A stretch of 64,000 bases of DNA from Verrucomicrobiia bacterium (GCA_049968335.1 JBMFQZ010000006.1:78961-142960), one strand, 5' to 3'. Positions 20,592 to 30,947 are shown, numbered from the stretch's first letter. Numbers and translations: made by a program. The notes: generated from the sequence alone by a model not told the origin.

Positions 20592-21293
20592 TTAAACAAG
20601 TTTCTTGCGATTGTCGTAAAGGTCAATGAAATTTGATACCTTTATGCGAAAAGCCGTTCCTCTATTTCTTACGCTTTCATTTTCTTTTAAGTGCATTCTT
20701 AAATCAATCCCAATCATATTGTTTTTAAATGCCTTTAAAAAGTTTCTCGCATCGGGGTCTGTTAATAAAAATGCCTCGTTATAGTGAAAGTATTCAATTG
20801 ATTCGGAAATTTTTCTCTGGGCGAGGACTAATAATAGCCTGCTTAATTTAGACATAAATTTTCCTACTATTACATATACATCCCAAGTGGCTAAAATTGT
20901 GTTTTCCACAGAATCTACCAGACTTATGATATTTTTATTTTCGTCGGTTTTTAATATTAGTCCTTGTGGTGTCGGGTGACTATGAAAAACAGTGGCTTTA
21001 AGCGCGTATCTGTTTTTGTCATCTATATAACCGTATTTTAAAATCAATTCCTTTTGTTTAATCTGCCAGACGCCTTTATTAAATGTGAAAAGAGTAACGA
21101 GAGATTCTGCATCTTTTCTTACGGTTTTTATTTCTACTCTTCCGCCGATATCTGGCAACGGCAAATTGTTTTCCTCCACGCCCAGTAGTTGTTCAAATGT
21201 ATAACCAACACCAGTTGAACCTGTTCTCAATGAAGAGACGAATCCTTTATTCTTAATCTCTATCAACTTGTTCTGGAGTGTTTTAAAATCCAT
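20592..21293 (-). CDS. Type IIP restriction endonuclease of the BcnI/MvaI family
   Basis: At 233 aa, IEIKNKGFVSS..TGSTGVGYTFEQLLGVEENNLPLPDIGG.VEIKT and the C-terminal RNRGTAFRIKVSNFIDLY align by eye with the remembered BcnI sequence (IKNKGYLS...GQILERQFGVQENN...GEFELKG...DRGPHLRI). Confidence 0.75.
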   Translation of the reverse strand: MDFKTLQNKLIEIKNKGFVSSLRTGSTGVGYTFEQLLGVEENNLPLPDIGGRVEIKTVRKDAESLVTLFTFNKGVWQIKQKELILKYGYIDDKNRYALKATVFHSHPTPQGLILKTDENKNIISLVDSVENTILATWDVYVIVGKFMSKLSRLLLVLAQRKISESIEYFHYNEAFLLTDPDARNFLKAFKNNMIGIDLRMHLKENESVRNRGTAFRIKVSNFIDLYDNRKKLV

Positions 21294-21498
21294 TTTACGT
21301 GATTTTTATTATTCTAATTATAAAACCGTTTTCTCAATCTTTATCATTGGTTTTTAAAAGAGCAACAAAAATGCAAATTCCTCTAATTTTTAATTTTCAG
21401 CATTCTTTTTCATAATCCATTATTAAAGACCAAATGAAGCCAGAGCCATTAGGAAAATACGGTTTGAAAATCCTCTGTAACTCTGTAATCATATTTTT

Positions 21499-22950
21499 AT
21501 GAAAAGGTTTTTTTTGATTTTATTCTTTCTATTTAGCGGTTTTGCTTTTCAGTCTAATGCTTCAGACGCGTCTCGGAAACCGAATATTCTTTTTATTTTA
21601 ACCGATGATCTGGGCATAAACGACCTCGCCTGTTACGGTCGCAAAGAGCACAACACTCCCAATATTGATAAATTGGCAAAAGAAGGTCTGCTTTTTACAA
21701 CTTCGTATTGCGCGCTTCCAATCTGTTCGCCAAGCCGCGCGGCGATTCTCACCGGCAAAAATCCAGCAATGCTTCATCTTACAACCTATCTGCCAGGCCG
21801 CGCTGATTGTCCATCGCAGAAATTGCTACATCCAAAGATAAGGCAACAATTGCCGTTGGAGGAAAAGACAATTGCAGAATATCTAAAAGAGGCAGGTTAT
21901 GCAACCGCTTGCATAGGCAAATGGCATCTTGGGGGAAAGGGGTTTTCTCCGGTAGAACAGGGTTTTGATTTTTATCACCCCGGCTCAGCGGTTACTAAAC
22001 CTTCTTCAACAGAAGGGGGAAAAGGTGAATACGATCTGACAAAAGCCGCTATCAGGTTTATGGAAACAAATAAATCCAGACCGTTTTTTCTCTATCTTGC
22101 GCACAACACGCCACACATACCTTACTCGGCTAAACCTGAGCTTGTTGAAAAAAATAAAAATGCTTTTGAACCGGTTTATGCGGCGCTGATAGAAACGTTA
22201 GATGATACGGTAGGGATATTGATGAATAAACTTGACGAACTGGGCTTAACAGAGAATACAATCGTCATATTCACCTCCGATAACGGCGGCTTGCACGTTC
22301 CGGAATTAAATCATAAACGGATAACTCACAACACGCCTTATCGCGCCGGCAAAGGTTATCTTTATGAAGGGGGTCTGCGAGTTCCGCTAATAGTCAGATG
22401 GAAAGGTTTTATACCTGCGGGAAGAATTATAAAAACGCCGGTAATAAACATAGATTGGTTGCCGACGCTGCTTGACATTGCCGGGCTGCCTGTCCCTGTG
22501 AACATAGAGGGCAAAAGTATGAAAGAGATATTGTTTTCTGGAAAAGAGGCTCAAAGCAGCCGTCGTTTCTATTTCCATTTTCCTCACTACACAAATCAAG
22601 GCGGCAGACCAGGCGGCGCTATAATTGAAGGGAGATGGAAATTGATTGAAAATTACGAAGACGGTTCTATTGAACTGTATAATTTAGAAACCGACCCGGG
22701 CGAAACGAAAAACCTCGCCGCTATTGAGAAAAATACCGCAAGCCGTCTGGCAGACCTTCTTCATAAATGGCGGTCAGAATCAAACGTCCAGACAAATAGT
22801 CCGAACCCGTCATTTAATCCCGAACTGCATCGCAAACTTTATATTGACATAGAGACATCAAAGTTTAATCCATCAACCGCTACGTCGGCTGAGATGCAAA
22901 AGATTTTGGACTGGCGGAAATTGATGGACGAAGTAACAAAAATGAAATAG
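21499..22950 (+). CDS. Arylsulfatase (formylglycine-dependent)
   Basis: It has a signal peptide, NILFILTDDLG, and the CSPSRAAILTGK (C-x-P-x-R) maturation motif. Confidence 0.9.
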   Translation: MKRFFLILFFLFSGFAFQSNASDASRKPNILFILTDDLGINDLACYGRKEHNTPNIDKLAKEGLLFTTSYCALPICSPSRAAILTGKNPAMLHLTTYLPGRADCPSQKLLHPKIRQQLPLEEKTIAEYLKEAGYATACIGKWHLGGKGFSPVEQGFDFYHPGSAVTKPSSTEGGKGEYDLTKAAIRFMETNKSRPFFLYLAHNTPHIPYSAKPELVEKNKNAFEPVYAALIETLDDTVGILMNKLDELGLTENTIVIFTSDNGGLHVPELNHKRITHNTPYRAGKGYLYEGGLRVPLIVRWKGFIPAGRIIKTPVINIDWLPTLLDIAGLPVPVNIEGKSMKEILFSGKEAQSSRRFYFHFPHYTNQGGRPGGAIIEGRWKLIENYEDGSIELYNLETDPGETKNLAAIEKNTASRLADLLHKWRSESNVQTNSPNPSFNPELHRKLYIDIETSKFNPSTATSAEMQKILDWRKLMDEVTKMK

Positions 22951-22960
22951 ACAATTAGTT

Positions 22961-24952
22961 ATGAAGAAAATTCGCTGGTACTTGATGCCGCTCATTTGTC
23001 TGGTTGCAATTTACGGTTCGCTTTATTCCGCCGACCCGCCGAAAGATATTTATTTTACAATTCAAGTTGTGGATGACCAGACCGGACGTCCAGTGCCGCT
23101 CGTTGAATTAACCACGGTTAATAACCTCTCTTACTTCACGGATAATAACGGCATTGTGGCATTTTATGAACCGGGATTGATGAATCGCGAACTGTTCTTT
23201 TATGTCAAATCTCACGGATACGAGTTTCCCAAAGATGGCTTTGGTTATGCCGGGAAACGGCTTTATACCAGAGCGGGCAGCAAGGCTGTTTTGAAGATTA
23301 AAAGGATAATTATTGCTGAAAGACTCTACCGTATAACCGGTTATGGGACTTATCGCGACAGTGTTCTTGTAGGTGAAAAGATTCCAGTAAAAGAGCCGCT
23401 GCTCAATGGCAAAGTTTTCGGACAGGACACTGCAATTGCGGCGGTCTATAAAGGCAAAATATATTGGTTCTGGGGCGATACAATGTTTCCCAACTACCCG
23501 CTTGGCAATTTTGCCGTCTCTGGGGCAACTTCTGAATTGCCTGAAAATAGGGGGCTGCAACCCTCGGCTGGTATCAATTTGACTTATTTTGTGGATTCAA
23601 ACGGTTTTTCAAAACCGATGTGTCCTGTGAAGATTGATGGACCAAAATGGCTTGAAGGTCTGATGGTTTTGAAAAATCCAGATGGCGGGGAAACGCTCCT
23701 TGCCAGATACGCCGCGGTAAAAGACCTTGGACACATCAATGAATTCGGCCTTGCCGTTTTCAATGATAAACAGGAGGTTTTTGAAAAAATCCTTACCTTT
23801 CCGACAAAAGAAGGGTTTCACAAATCCGCGCATCCAGCCCTGATTAATTTTAAAGGCGAGAAATATTATTACATTTTTCCAACCCTCCGCGTTAAGGCGC
23901 GGATAGAATCAATTAAGGATTTAAATAAGTATGAAAACTTTACCTGTGTAAAAAATATAAAGCCCGATGGTAGCCGCGAGGTTGATCTTTCAATAGATGG
24001 AAAGCCAAGATTTTTATGGAGAAAGGGAATCGCCCCGTTCAACCCGTCAATAAATGAAGACCTTGTGAGAAAAAAACTCATTAAACCAGAGGAAAACTGG
24101 ATTTTTTTACACGATGTTCAGACTGGAAAACCGACTAAAACGCCCCATCTATTCAACGGGTCTATTTGCTGGAACAATCACCGCAAGAACTGGATAATGA
24201 TCACTCAGGGAGAGCCGGGCGAGGTCTGGTTTGCTGAATCAGATACACCTACCGGTCAATGGGTTTATGCCCGCAGAATTGTAAACCACGACAAATATAA
24301 TTTTTATAATCCTGTCCAGCACCGATTTTTTGATGAAAATGACGGCGCAACTATCTATTTTGAAGGCACTTACACAGCTACGTTTTCCGGAGCAAAGAAC
24401 CAGACGCCGATCTATGATTATAATCAGGTAATGTATAGACTTAACCTTTTAGATGAGCGGCTTATTCTGCCGATGCCAGTCTATGAGGTTTTGAGAAATG
24501 AGGGCAAAGAACCGGTATATATAATGGGAGATGGGCTAAATTCTGGCAGAGATAACGATAAAGTAGTTAAAATTCCCTTTTATGCCATACCGTTAAGGTC
24601 AAAACTCAACGGTTTAGAAGAATTTGGCTATCTCAAATCCAGTCCATCAAGAATTATAGCAAGGTCAAAGGTCTCCGATTTAAAGGAATTTGTTCCTGCT
24701 TTCAGCGCCCTGCCGTCCGCGGCAAAAACAGACGATAACAGAAACGGAGCAGGGGCGGTTGTCAATGAACTTAATTCTATAGCGATTCCTTTATATGAAT
24801 ATCTGGTTGAGGATGGCAACGGGGAGAGCCATTATATATATTCCACACAAGAGGGGATAAAAGGGAGGCGGTCTCCAGAACCGATCTGCAGGGTCTGGAA
24901 AAATCCGTTAACTTCTCTTGCAATAGACATTGACGCAAAAGCGGAGCGTTAA
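22961..24952 (+). CDS. Secreted hypothetical protein with an N-terminal carboxypeptidase-regulatory-like module
   Basis: It has a signal peptide and FTIQVVDDQTGRPVPLVELTT...TDNNGIVAF. The remainder was not recognised. Confidence 0.6.
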   Translation: MKKIRWYLMPLICLVAIYGSLYSADPPKDIYFTIQVVDDQTGRPVPLVELTTVNNLSYFTDNNGIVAFYEPGLMNRELFFYVKSHGYEFPKDGFGYAGKRLYTRAGSKAVLKIKRIIIAERLYRITGYGTYRDSVLVGEKIPVKEPLLNGKVFGQDTAIAAVYKGKIYWFWGDTMFPNYPLGNFAVSGATSELPENRGLQPSAGINLTYFVDSNGFSKPMCPVKIDGPKWLEGLMVLKNPDGGETLLARYAAVKDLGHINEFGLAVFNDKQEVFEKILTFPTKEGFHKSAHPALINFKGEKYYYIFPTLRVKARIESIKDLNKYENFTCVKNIKPDGSREVDLSIDGKPRFLWRKGIAPFNPSINEDLVRKKLIKPEENWIFLHDVQTGKPTKTPHLFNGSICWNNHRKNWIMITQGEPGEVWFAESDTPTGQWVYARRIVNHDKYNFYNPVQHRFFDENDGATIYFEGTYTATFSGAKNQTPIYDYNQVMYRLNLLDERLILPMPVYEVLRNEGKEPVYIMGDGLNSGRDNDKVVKIPFYAIPLRSKLNGLEEFGYLKSSPSRIIARSKVSDLKEFVPAFSALPSAAKTDDNRNGAGAVVNELNSIAIPLYEYLVEDGNGESHYIYSTQEGIKGRRSPEPICRVWKNPLTSLAIDIDAKAER

Positions 24953-25110
24953 TCCATCTTGTTTTTTTAGCGAATTAATTAAAACAATAAGGTTTAGTTT
25001 TGATCCTCTGTAACTTTTTTAATTAAAAAGTCGTCTGAATCTAATGGCAACTGGATGTGATGAGCGCCTTTAAAAAGCGATAAGTGCCAGAAAATTAAGA
25101 TTTCCTGATT

Positions 25111-26322
25111 ATGAATCAAAATAATGAAATAAAACAGGTAAAAATAAGCGCCAGACTGATAATCGGCATAGCGCTTATTGTCATTGTAGCTATAGCGACT
25201 GTCTTGTATTTTTCCGGACCGAAACCGGCATGGCTGGTAAAGATGGAGATTAAACAGTTTTTAAAGAAGAATAGCGGCAAAAGTAATTTTACCGTTAACG
25301 ATTTCAAGTTCCCGCCAAAATCGGAGATGGAAAAAGCGCCGGAGAAGAAGAAAACGCCGGATGAAAAGTCGTATAAAGGGAAGTTAACTAACAAAGATTT
25401 TCAGACGCTAAGAGATGAGTATATTGAGTTGAAATCTGCGGCGTTTAAGTTGGAGGAAGCTATAAACACGAATAAAATCTTAATTCAGATAGCTACTGCC
25501 CGGTTAGAAGGGAAGCCTGACGATACAAATCTCTTAAGGTCGCTTTCCGATGAGCCGATGCGATTAGTATTGCCTAATGAACCCGAGCAGATTAAAGAGA
25601 GGATAACCGCTATGCAGGCGGATATTGAAAAAAACGCCAAATTACTTGCTCAAAAAGAGGAACAGATAAAGCCGATATTGTCGGATTTAATAGATTTCCA
25701 GTTGATGTTCAAGGATTTGTATCAACCTGTTGATTACATTGGGAACAAGGAACTTGCGGATGCTCAGTCTGCGTTTATACAGAACCTGCGTCAAAAATTT
25801 GATGAATCTACCACTTATAACAAGATGTATGAATATATTGGGCAGGAATTATGGATTGCGGAGCGTTTATTTGAGAGCAAGAATCCGGATATTTTGCGGG
25901 CTGCGTTGAGGATGGCGCGGCAGGCAGCCAGAGATGCTATGGACTGGGCGGAGAACTACTGGTTGGCGGCGCGGATTTATGAGGGGTATGTGTTGCCGAA
26001 TATTGAACTTGCGGCATCGGCAGGGGGCGCTCGGGGGAGAAGGAACAATTTTACAATAGAAGGTTTGCTGAATGAGTCTGCAAATATATTTCAGATGAAC
26101 GAAGAGACGGAGAATGTTGCCAGGTGTTATGAGCGCCTGCTTGCAATTGCGCCCGATTCTCCGAGGGCTGACTTTACGCGGATACAATTGGCTTCAATAT
26201 ATGAACAGTCGGGACAGACTGGCAAGGCGGTTAAATATTTAAAACAGGTTCAATCTACAAATACATTGAATTTTGCGTTGCGCAGGTTCCCATCGTTGCA
26301 ACAGTATGTGCAGACGAGGTAA
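25111..26322 (+). CDS. Membrane-anchored hypothetical protein (coiled-coil/TPR-like)
   Basis: It has a single N-terminal TM helix and a helical, repeat-like C-terminus. No enzymatic motif was seen. Confidence 0.55.
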   Translation: MNQNNEIKQVKISARLIIGIALIVIVAIATVLYFSGPKPAWLVKMEIKQFLKKNSGKSNFTVNDFKFPPKSEMEKAPEKKKTPDEKSYKGKLTNKDFQTLRDEYIELKSAAFKLEEAINTNKILIQIATARLEGKPDDTNLLRSLSDEPMRLVLPNEPEQIKERITAMQADIEKNAKLLAQKEEQIKPILSDLIDFQLMFKDLYQPVDYIGNKELADAQSAFIQNLRQKFDESTTYNKMYEYIGQELWIAERLFESKNPDILRAALRMARQAARDAMDWAENYWLAARIYEGYVLPNIELAASAGGARGRRNNFTIEGLLNESANIFQMNEETENVARCYERLLAIAPDSPRADFTRIQLASIYEQSGQTGKAVKYLKQVQSTNTLNFALRRFPSLQQYVQTR

Positions 26323-26408
26323 GCCGTTTGTTTTAAGTAATTTGCCCGGTTCTGGGCGTATATAGGGTTAATTTGATTAACTTTAACGCTTTCGTTGTAA
26401 AAATAAAT

Positions 26409-26437
26409 TTGACGAGATTAAAATATTGGTATAAAAT
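26409..26437 (+). promoter_or_regulatory. Sigma-70-like promoter upstream of nusA
   Basis: TTGACG (26409-26414), a 17-nt spacer, then TAAAAT (26432-26437). Confidence 0.45.
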
Positions 26438-26484
26438 ACAAATAGAAAATTAGCCAGGCGCCAGTAAGGCGTTATGGGATGTTG

Positions 26485-26511
26485 AAGTCGGTAAAAATAC
26501 CGACTTTTTTG
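26485..26511 (+). terminator. Leader terminator/attenuator hairpin 30 nt upstream of nusA
   Basis: AAGTCGGTA (26485-26493) pairs with TACCGACTT (26498-26506) around an AAAA loop and runs into TTTTTT. Confidence 0.55.
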
Positions 26512-26541
26512 TTCTCAAACCAATAGAGTGGCTGTGCCGTT

Positions 26542-27840
26542 ATGAAAACAGAAATATTTGATATGCTGAGTATCTGGGAGAAGGAAAAGAAGATACAACG
26601 TCCTGCCCTGATAGAAGCGTTGCACAAGGCTTTTCTTGCCGCTGGCAGGAAGGCTGTCCAGCGCGGTCGCAAACTTGAAGTGATTATAAATGAACAGGAA
26701 AAAGAGATTAAGCTTTACGCAACGTTGGTTGTAGTCAATAAGGTTTTGAACGCGCACGATGAGATATCCCTTGAAGAGGCGCGCCGGTATAATAAAGATA
26801 TTCAGCTTGGGCAAGAAATCAGGGTAGAAGTTACCCCGAGCGATCTTGGCAGAATTGCGTCAACTATTGCTACTGAGGCATTTAAACGAGCTCTCAGGCA
26901 GGCTGAAAAGGAGAAAGTTATTGAACAATACCGACCGTTGATTGGCGACATAGTTAGCGGAAAGGTGGTTGGGTTTGAACAATCCGATATAATTATAGAC
27001 CTTGGCGATTGTGAAGGGGTTATGCCGCATTATGAGCGGATAAAGTTAGAGAAGTTTTCTGTAAACGACACTATTCGCGGGGTTTTGAAGAGTATTGAAA
27101 ACAGACAAAATACCCCCCGTCTGGTAATATCTCGTTCGGACCCTGAATTTGTAAAGGCGTTATTTAGGCTTGAGGTGTCGGAGATTAAAGAAGGGATTAT
27201 AGAGATAAAGGCGATAGCGCGCGACCCGGGCAGCCGCACTAAGGTGGCTGTTTATTCAAACAATCCAAAGGTTGACGCGCTTGGCGCCTGCGTTGGATTG
27301 CGCGGCGACAGGGTAAAAAATATTGTCAAAGAACTCGGAAACGAGAAGGTTGATGTTGTTCTCTGGGATAGCGATATTGGCAATTTTATTGTAAATGCAA
27401 TTGTCTCCAAGAGACCTAAATCAAACTCGTTGTTGTCCGAGAAGATTAAGTCTATTGACGTTGATAAAAAAGAGCGTCGGGCGCTGGTGGTTGTATCGCG
27501 CGATTTTTATCAGGCGGCTTATGGCAGGCATGGTCAGAACGCGAGGCTTATCTCGCGACTCTGCGGTTATGATGTAACAATAATCGCCGAGAGCGAGCCG
27601 CAAAAATCAGCCGACTTTGAAGAGAAAATGGAGAATGCAATAAAAGACCTTTCAAGCATTCCCGGAGTCAGTGTTGAGATGGCAAAGACGCTTGTTGAGA
27701 ATGGCGTTACAAATTTAGAAAGCCTCTTGGGTATGGATGTTGGTGATCTTGAGTCTATAGAAGGCATAGGGGAAAATGCCGCTCAAATACTCGCAGCCGC
27801 CCGTGAAGAGGCTGAAAAAAGAAGAATTACATTAACTTAA
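26542..27840 (+). CDS. nusA: Transcription termination/antitermination factor NusA
   Basis: The N-terminal domain, S1 (GDIVSGKVVGFEQSDIIIDLG), KH1/KH2 (GACVGLRGDRVKNIVKELG) and a C-terminal HhH repeat are present. It lies upstream of infB. Confidence 0.9.
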   Translation: MKTEIFDMLSIWEKEKKIQRPALIEALHKAFLAAGRKAVQRGRKLEVIINEQEKEIKLYATLVVVNKVLNAHDEISLEEARRYNKDIQLGQEIRVEVTPSDLGRIASTIATEAFKRALRQAEKEKVIEQYRPLIGDIVSGKVVGFEQSDIIIDLGDCEGVMPHYERIKLEKFSVNDTIRGVLKSIENRQNTPRLVISRSDPEFVKALFRLEVSEIKEGIIEIKAIARDPGSRTKVAVYSNNPKVDALGACVGLRGDRVKNIVKELGNEKVDVVLWDSDIGNFIVNAIVSKRPKSNSLLSEKIKSIDVDKKERRALVVVSRDFYQAAYGRHGQNARLISRLCGYDVTIIAESEPQKSADFEEKMENAIKDLSSIPGVSVEMAKTLVENGVTNLESLLGMDVGDLESIEGIGENAAQILAAAREEAEKRRITLT

Positions 27841-27926
27841 TTTGGTTTGTAATCAGAATATTTTTAGGTAAAATAAGATAATATCTGCAAAGCGGAAGAG
27901 TAGCGAAGGGAAAATGATAAAAAAGT

Positions 27927-30900
27927 ATGCCCGTTAGAATTTACGACATAGCGAAAAAATATAATTTAAAGCCGAAAGAGGTTATTGAGATAGCTAAGTC
28001 AATTGCGGAATTAAATTTAGCTAACAAGAACCTTACTGCCTCAAGCAGCCTTGATAAGGTTACCGCGGAGTATCTTGAAGAGCGGTTGCCACAGCCGGCG
28101 GGCGAGGTTGGGAAGTCTGAACAGGGGGGCGCAGTTGTTGTGGGTGAACAACCGCCTGCGGTAACGGGCGAAGATGTTAAAATAATTGAGGGAACATCAG
28201 GCGTCGCTGTTGTAGGATCAGGACAGACGCAAACAGAAGCGCCTGTTGCAACGACAGGGTCTGCTATTGATACAACAACTGGTATAGTGGCTGAGCCGGA
28301 GACAGCAGGAGCAGTAGAGACTTCCGAACAAGGCGCGGAAGTAGAGACTGCGGATGAAGAAGCTGAAACCGAGTTTGAAACGCCATCAATTAGCGTGGTT
28401 GAAGAACCGCAGACAGAAGATGAAGCCGCAACATCTCAACCGGAGACTTTTTTACAACCTAAGGCTGAAGTTAAACCGCAAGCGACAGATTCTAAAAGCG
28501 GGGCAGAAACTGCGGTTGTTGAAGCCGAAGATAAAAAACCGGTTGCGGCGTCTGATGTTGCGGCGTCAATAACAACGGTTGAGCAGGAATTGGAAAAGAG
28601 TGGCGCTGGAGTTGCTCCTGTCAATGCAACAAGCGCGGTGGAAGGGCAAGCCATTGCTATTGATGCAGGAGAAAAGCAAGCCGGTTCAGCAAATGAACAG
28701 GCGCAGGCGGTTGTTGAAGAAGTTAAAATAGAGACAAAGCAATCTGATATTGCCGCGCAAGGCGGGGTTGAGACAAAACCGCCAGAACCTGTAGAACCGC
28801 CGAAGCCGGGTGTTGGGGCTAAAATCGGTTCAATTGATATAAGCAAGTATTTAAAGACAAGAGGGGAAAAGCAAAAGCCTCAGAAACCGCAGCAACAGCA
28901 GCAGCCGAAGAAACCGCAGCCGCAGCAGGCTAAAGGGCAGCAGCAGCCTGTGAAGCCGCAACCCGGAAGACCGCAGCAGCGACCGGGACAACAGCCACAA
29001 GTGGCTGGAAAGCCGCAAGCAGGAGTCGCCCAGCCTGTTAAAAAAGACCAGCAAAAACCGGGACAAGCACAGCAAGGTGTTCAATTTCCAAAGCACAAAG
29101 AAAAGGGGAAACAGTCGCCGGTGGTTCCAAAGGCGCCTGTTTTGCCGCCGAATGCGCCGCAAGTAATGATTAAACCGCCGATACTTGTCAGAGACCTTGC
29201 TGCGGCGTTGAATAAAAAGCCGTATCAGGTGATTGCCGAGTTGCTCAAGCGGAGGGTGCTTGCCAAGGTAAATGACCTTGTTGATGAAAAGAATGCGGAA
29301 GAGGTTGCCGCAAATTTTGGTATAAAACTTGTTATAGAAAAACGGGGAACGAGGTCTCAACAGCCGCAAAAGGTTGAATCTAAGGAGAAAACAGTAGTTG
29401 AGGACGAGACAAAACTCAAGCCGCGTCCGCCTGTGGTAACGATAATGGGTCACGTTGACCATGGCAAGACGACGTTGCTTGATGCGATTAGAAAATCAAA
29501 TGTAGTGGCGACTGAGGCGGGCGGAATAACGCAGCATATCGGCGCCTATACAATTTCTTTCCCGCATCCGTATGATAAGAAGAAGTTGCAGGAGATAACA
29601 TTTATTGACACGCCGGGACACGCGGCGTTTAGCGCTATGCGCGCCCGCGGCGCGAACGTAACGGACATAGTTATTCTTGTGGTTGCGGCTGACGACGGTG
29701 TTATGCCGCAAACGATAGAGGCGCTCAACCATGCAAAGGCGGCAGAAGTGCCGATAATTGTTGCTATAAACAAGTGCGACCATCCAAATGCGAATCCGAT
29801 GAGGGTCAAAGACCAGTTGTCAAAACAAGGTTTGAATCCGGAAGAATGGGGCGGCGATACAGTTTTCGTGGAGGTATCGGCATTAAAGAAACAGGGCGTT
29901 GATCAGCTTCTGGAGTTTATTCTGTTGAAAGCCGATGAACTTAATTTAAAGGCGAATCCGGATTGCCCCGCGTGGGGAAATGTAATAGAGTCCGGGCTCG
30001 AACAGGGCGGTCCAACGGCAACACTGCTTGTGCGGCGCGGCACATTAAAGGTGGGGGATTTCTTGGTTTGCGGTCAATTTTACGGCAAGGTGCGCGCATT
30101 GATTAACGACAGAAACGAGCGATTAAAAGAGGCAAAGCCCTCTTATGCTGTTAAAGTGCTTGGTCTTAACGGTGTGCCAGAGCCGGGAAGCGAGTTTGAA
30201 GCGGTGAAAGATATTGACACCGCGCGCGAGATTGCCGAAAAACGGATGGAAGAACTCAAACAGCAGGGACAGATTGTTGCCGCAAAGAAGATAACGCTTG
30301 AATCGTTCCTTGAATCAATTGAAGCAAGCAAGAATAAAGTTTTGAAGGTTGTTTTAAAAGCCGATACACAGGGTTCGGTTGAGGCAATTTCTGCGGCGCT
30401 TAAGGATATTAAGTCAGAGAAAGTTTCGCTTGAAATCATCCATAGCGGCGTTGGCGCGATATCTGAGAGCGATGTTATGCTTGCCTCCGCGGCAAAGGGT
30501 GTGATTATCGGATTTCACACGCGGCTTGAACACGGCGTATCTGATATTGCTAAAAAAGAAGGCGTCCAGATTAAACTTTACGCGATTATCTATGAGTTGA
30601 TAGACGAGGTGAAGAAGGCGATGGCAGGCTTGCTTGAACCGATAATCAACGAGGTAATAATCGGCGAGGCGAGCGTTAAGAAAGTCTTTGAGTTATCAAA
30701 AGGCGGCAAGGTTGCCGGTTGTATGGTTACAGAGGGCAATATAAATCGCGGGGCAAAAGCAAAAGTCTATCGCGGCAAAGATTTGATCTACGACGGCATA
30801 ATTGCCTCAATACGGCATTTCCAGGATGAAGTGAATGAAGTTCGCGCAGGTATGGAATGCGGCATAAGAATAGACGGGTTTAATGACTTTAACGAAGGCG

Positions 30901-30947
30901 ATGTAATTCAGTGTTATAATTTGGAGAAGAAACTGCAGAGTCTGTAA
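27927..30947 (+). CDS. infB: Translation initiation factor IF-2 with a ~480-aa low-complexity N-terminal extension
   Basis: The G domain has IMGHVDHGKTTLLD, DTPGH and NKCD. The N-terminal half has acidic then Q/P/K-rich tracts. Confidence 0.92.
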   Translation: MPVRIYDIAKKYNLKPKEVIEIAKSIAELNLANKNLTASSSLDKVTAEYLEERLPQPAGEVGKSEQGGAVVVGEQPPAVTGEDVKIIEGTSGVAVVGSGQTQTEAPVATTGSAIDTTTGIVAEPETAGAVETSEQGAEVETADEEAETEFETPSISVVEEPQTEDEAATSQPETFLQPKAEVKPQATDSKSGAETAVVEAEDKKPVAASDVAASITTVEQELEKSGAGVAPVNATSAVEGQAIAIDAGEKQAGSANEQAQAVVEEVKIETKQSDIAAQGGVETKPPEPVEPPKPGVGAKIGSIDISKYLKTRGEKQKPQKPQQQQQPKKPQPQQAKGQQQPVKPQPGRPQQRPGQQPQVAGKPQAGVAQPVKKDQQKPGQAQQGVQFPKHKEKGKQSPVVPKAPVLPPNAPQVMIKPPILVRDLAAALNKKPYQVIAELLKRRVLAKVNDLVDEKNAEEVAANFGIKLVIEKRGTRSQQPQKVESKEKTVVEDETKLKPRPPVVTIMGHVDHGKTTLLDAIRKSNVVATEAGGITQHIGAYTISFPHPYDKKKLQEITFIDTPGHAAFSAMRARGANVTDIVILVVAADDGVMPQTIEALNHAKAAEVPIIVAINKCDHPNANPMRVKDQLSKQGLNPEEWGGDTVFVEVSALKKQGVDQLLEFILLKADELNLKANPDCPAWGNVIESGLEQGGPTATLLVRRGTLKVGDFLVCGQFYGKVRALINDRNERLKEAKPSYAVKVLGLNGVPEPGSEFEAVKDIDTAREIAEKRMEELKQQGQIVAAKKITLESFLESIEASKNKVLKVVLKADTQGSVEAISAALKDIKSEKVSLEIIHSGVGAISESDVMLASAAKGVIIGFHTRLEHGVSDIAKKEGVQIKLYAIIYELIDEVKKAMAGLLEPIINEVIIGEASVKKVFELSKGGKVAGCMVTEGNINRGAKAKVYRGKDLIYDGIIASIRHFQDEVNEVRAGMECGIRIDGFNDFNEGDVIQCYNLEKKLQSL

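Noticed and set aside
28851-29462. The 203-aa minus-strand ORF inside infB
   Set aside because: It is antisense to the CAG/CCG-rich low-complexity part of infB and has an R/L-rich nonsense composition.
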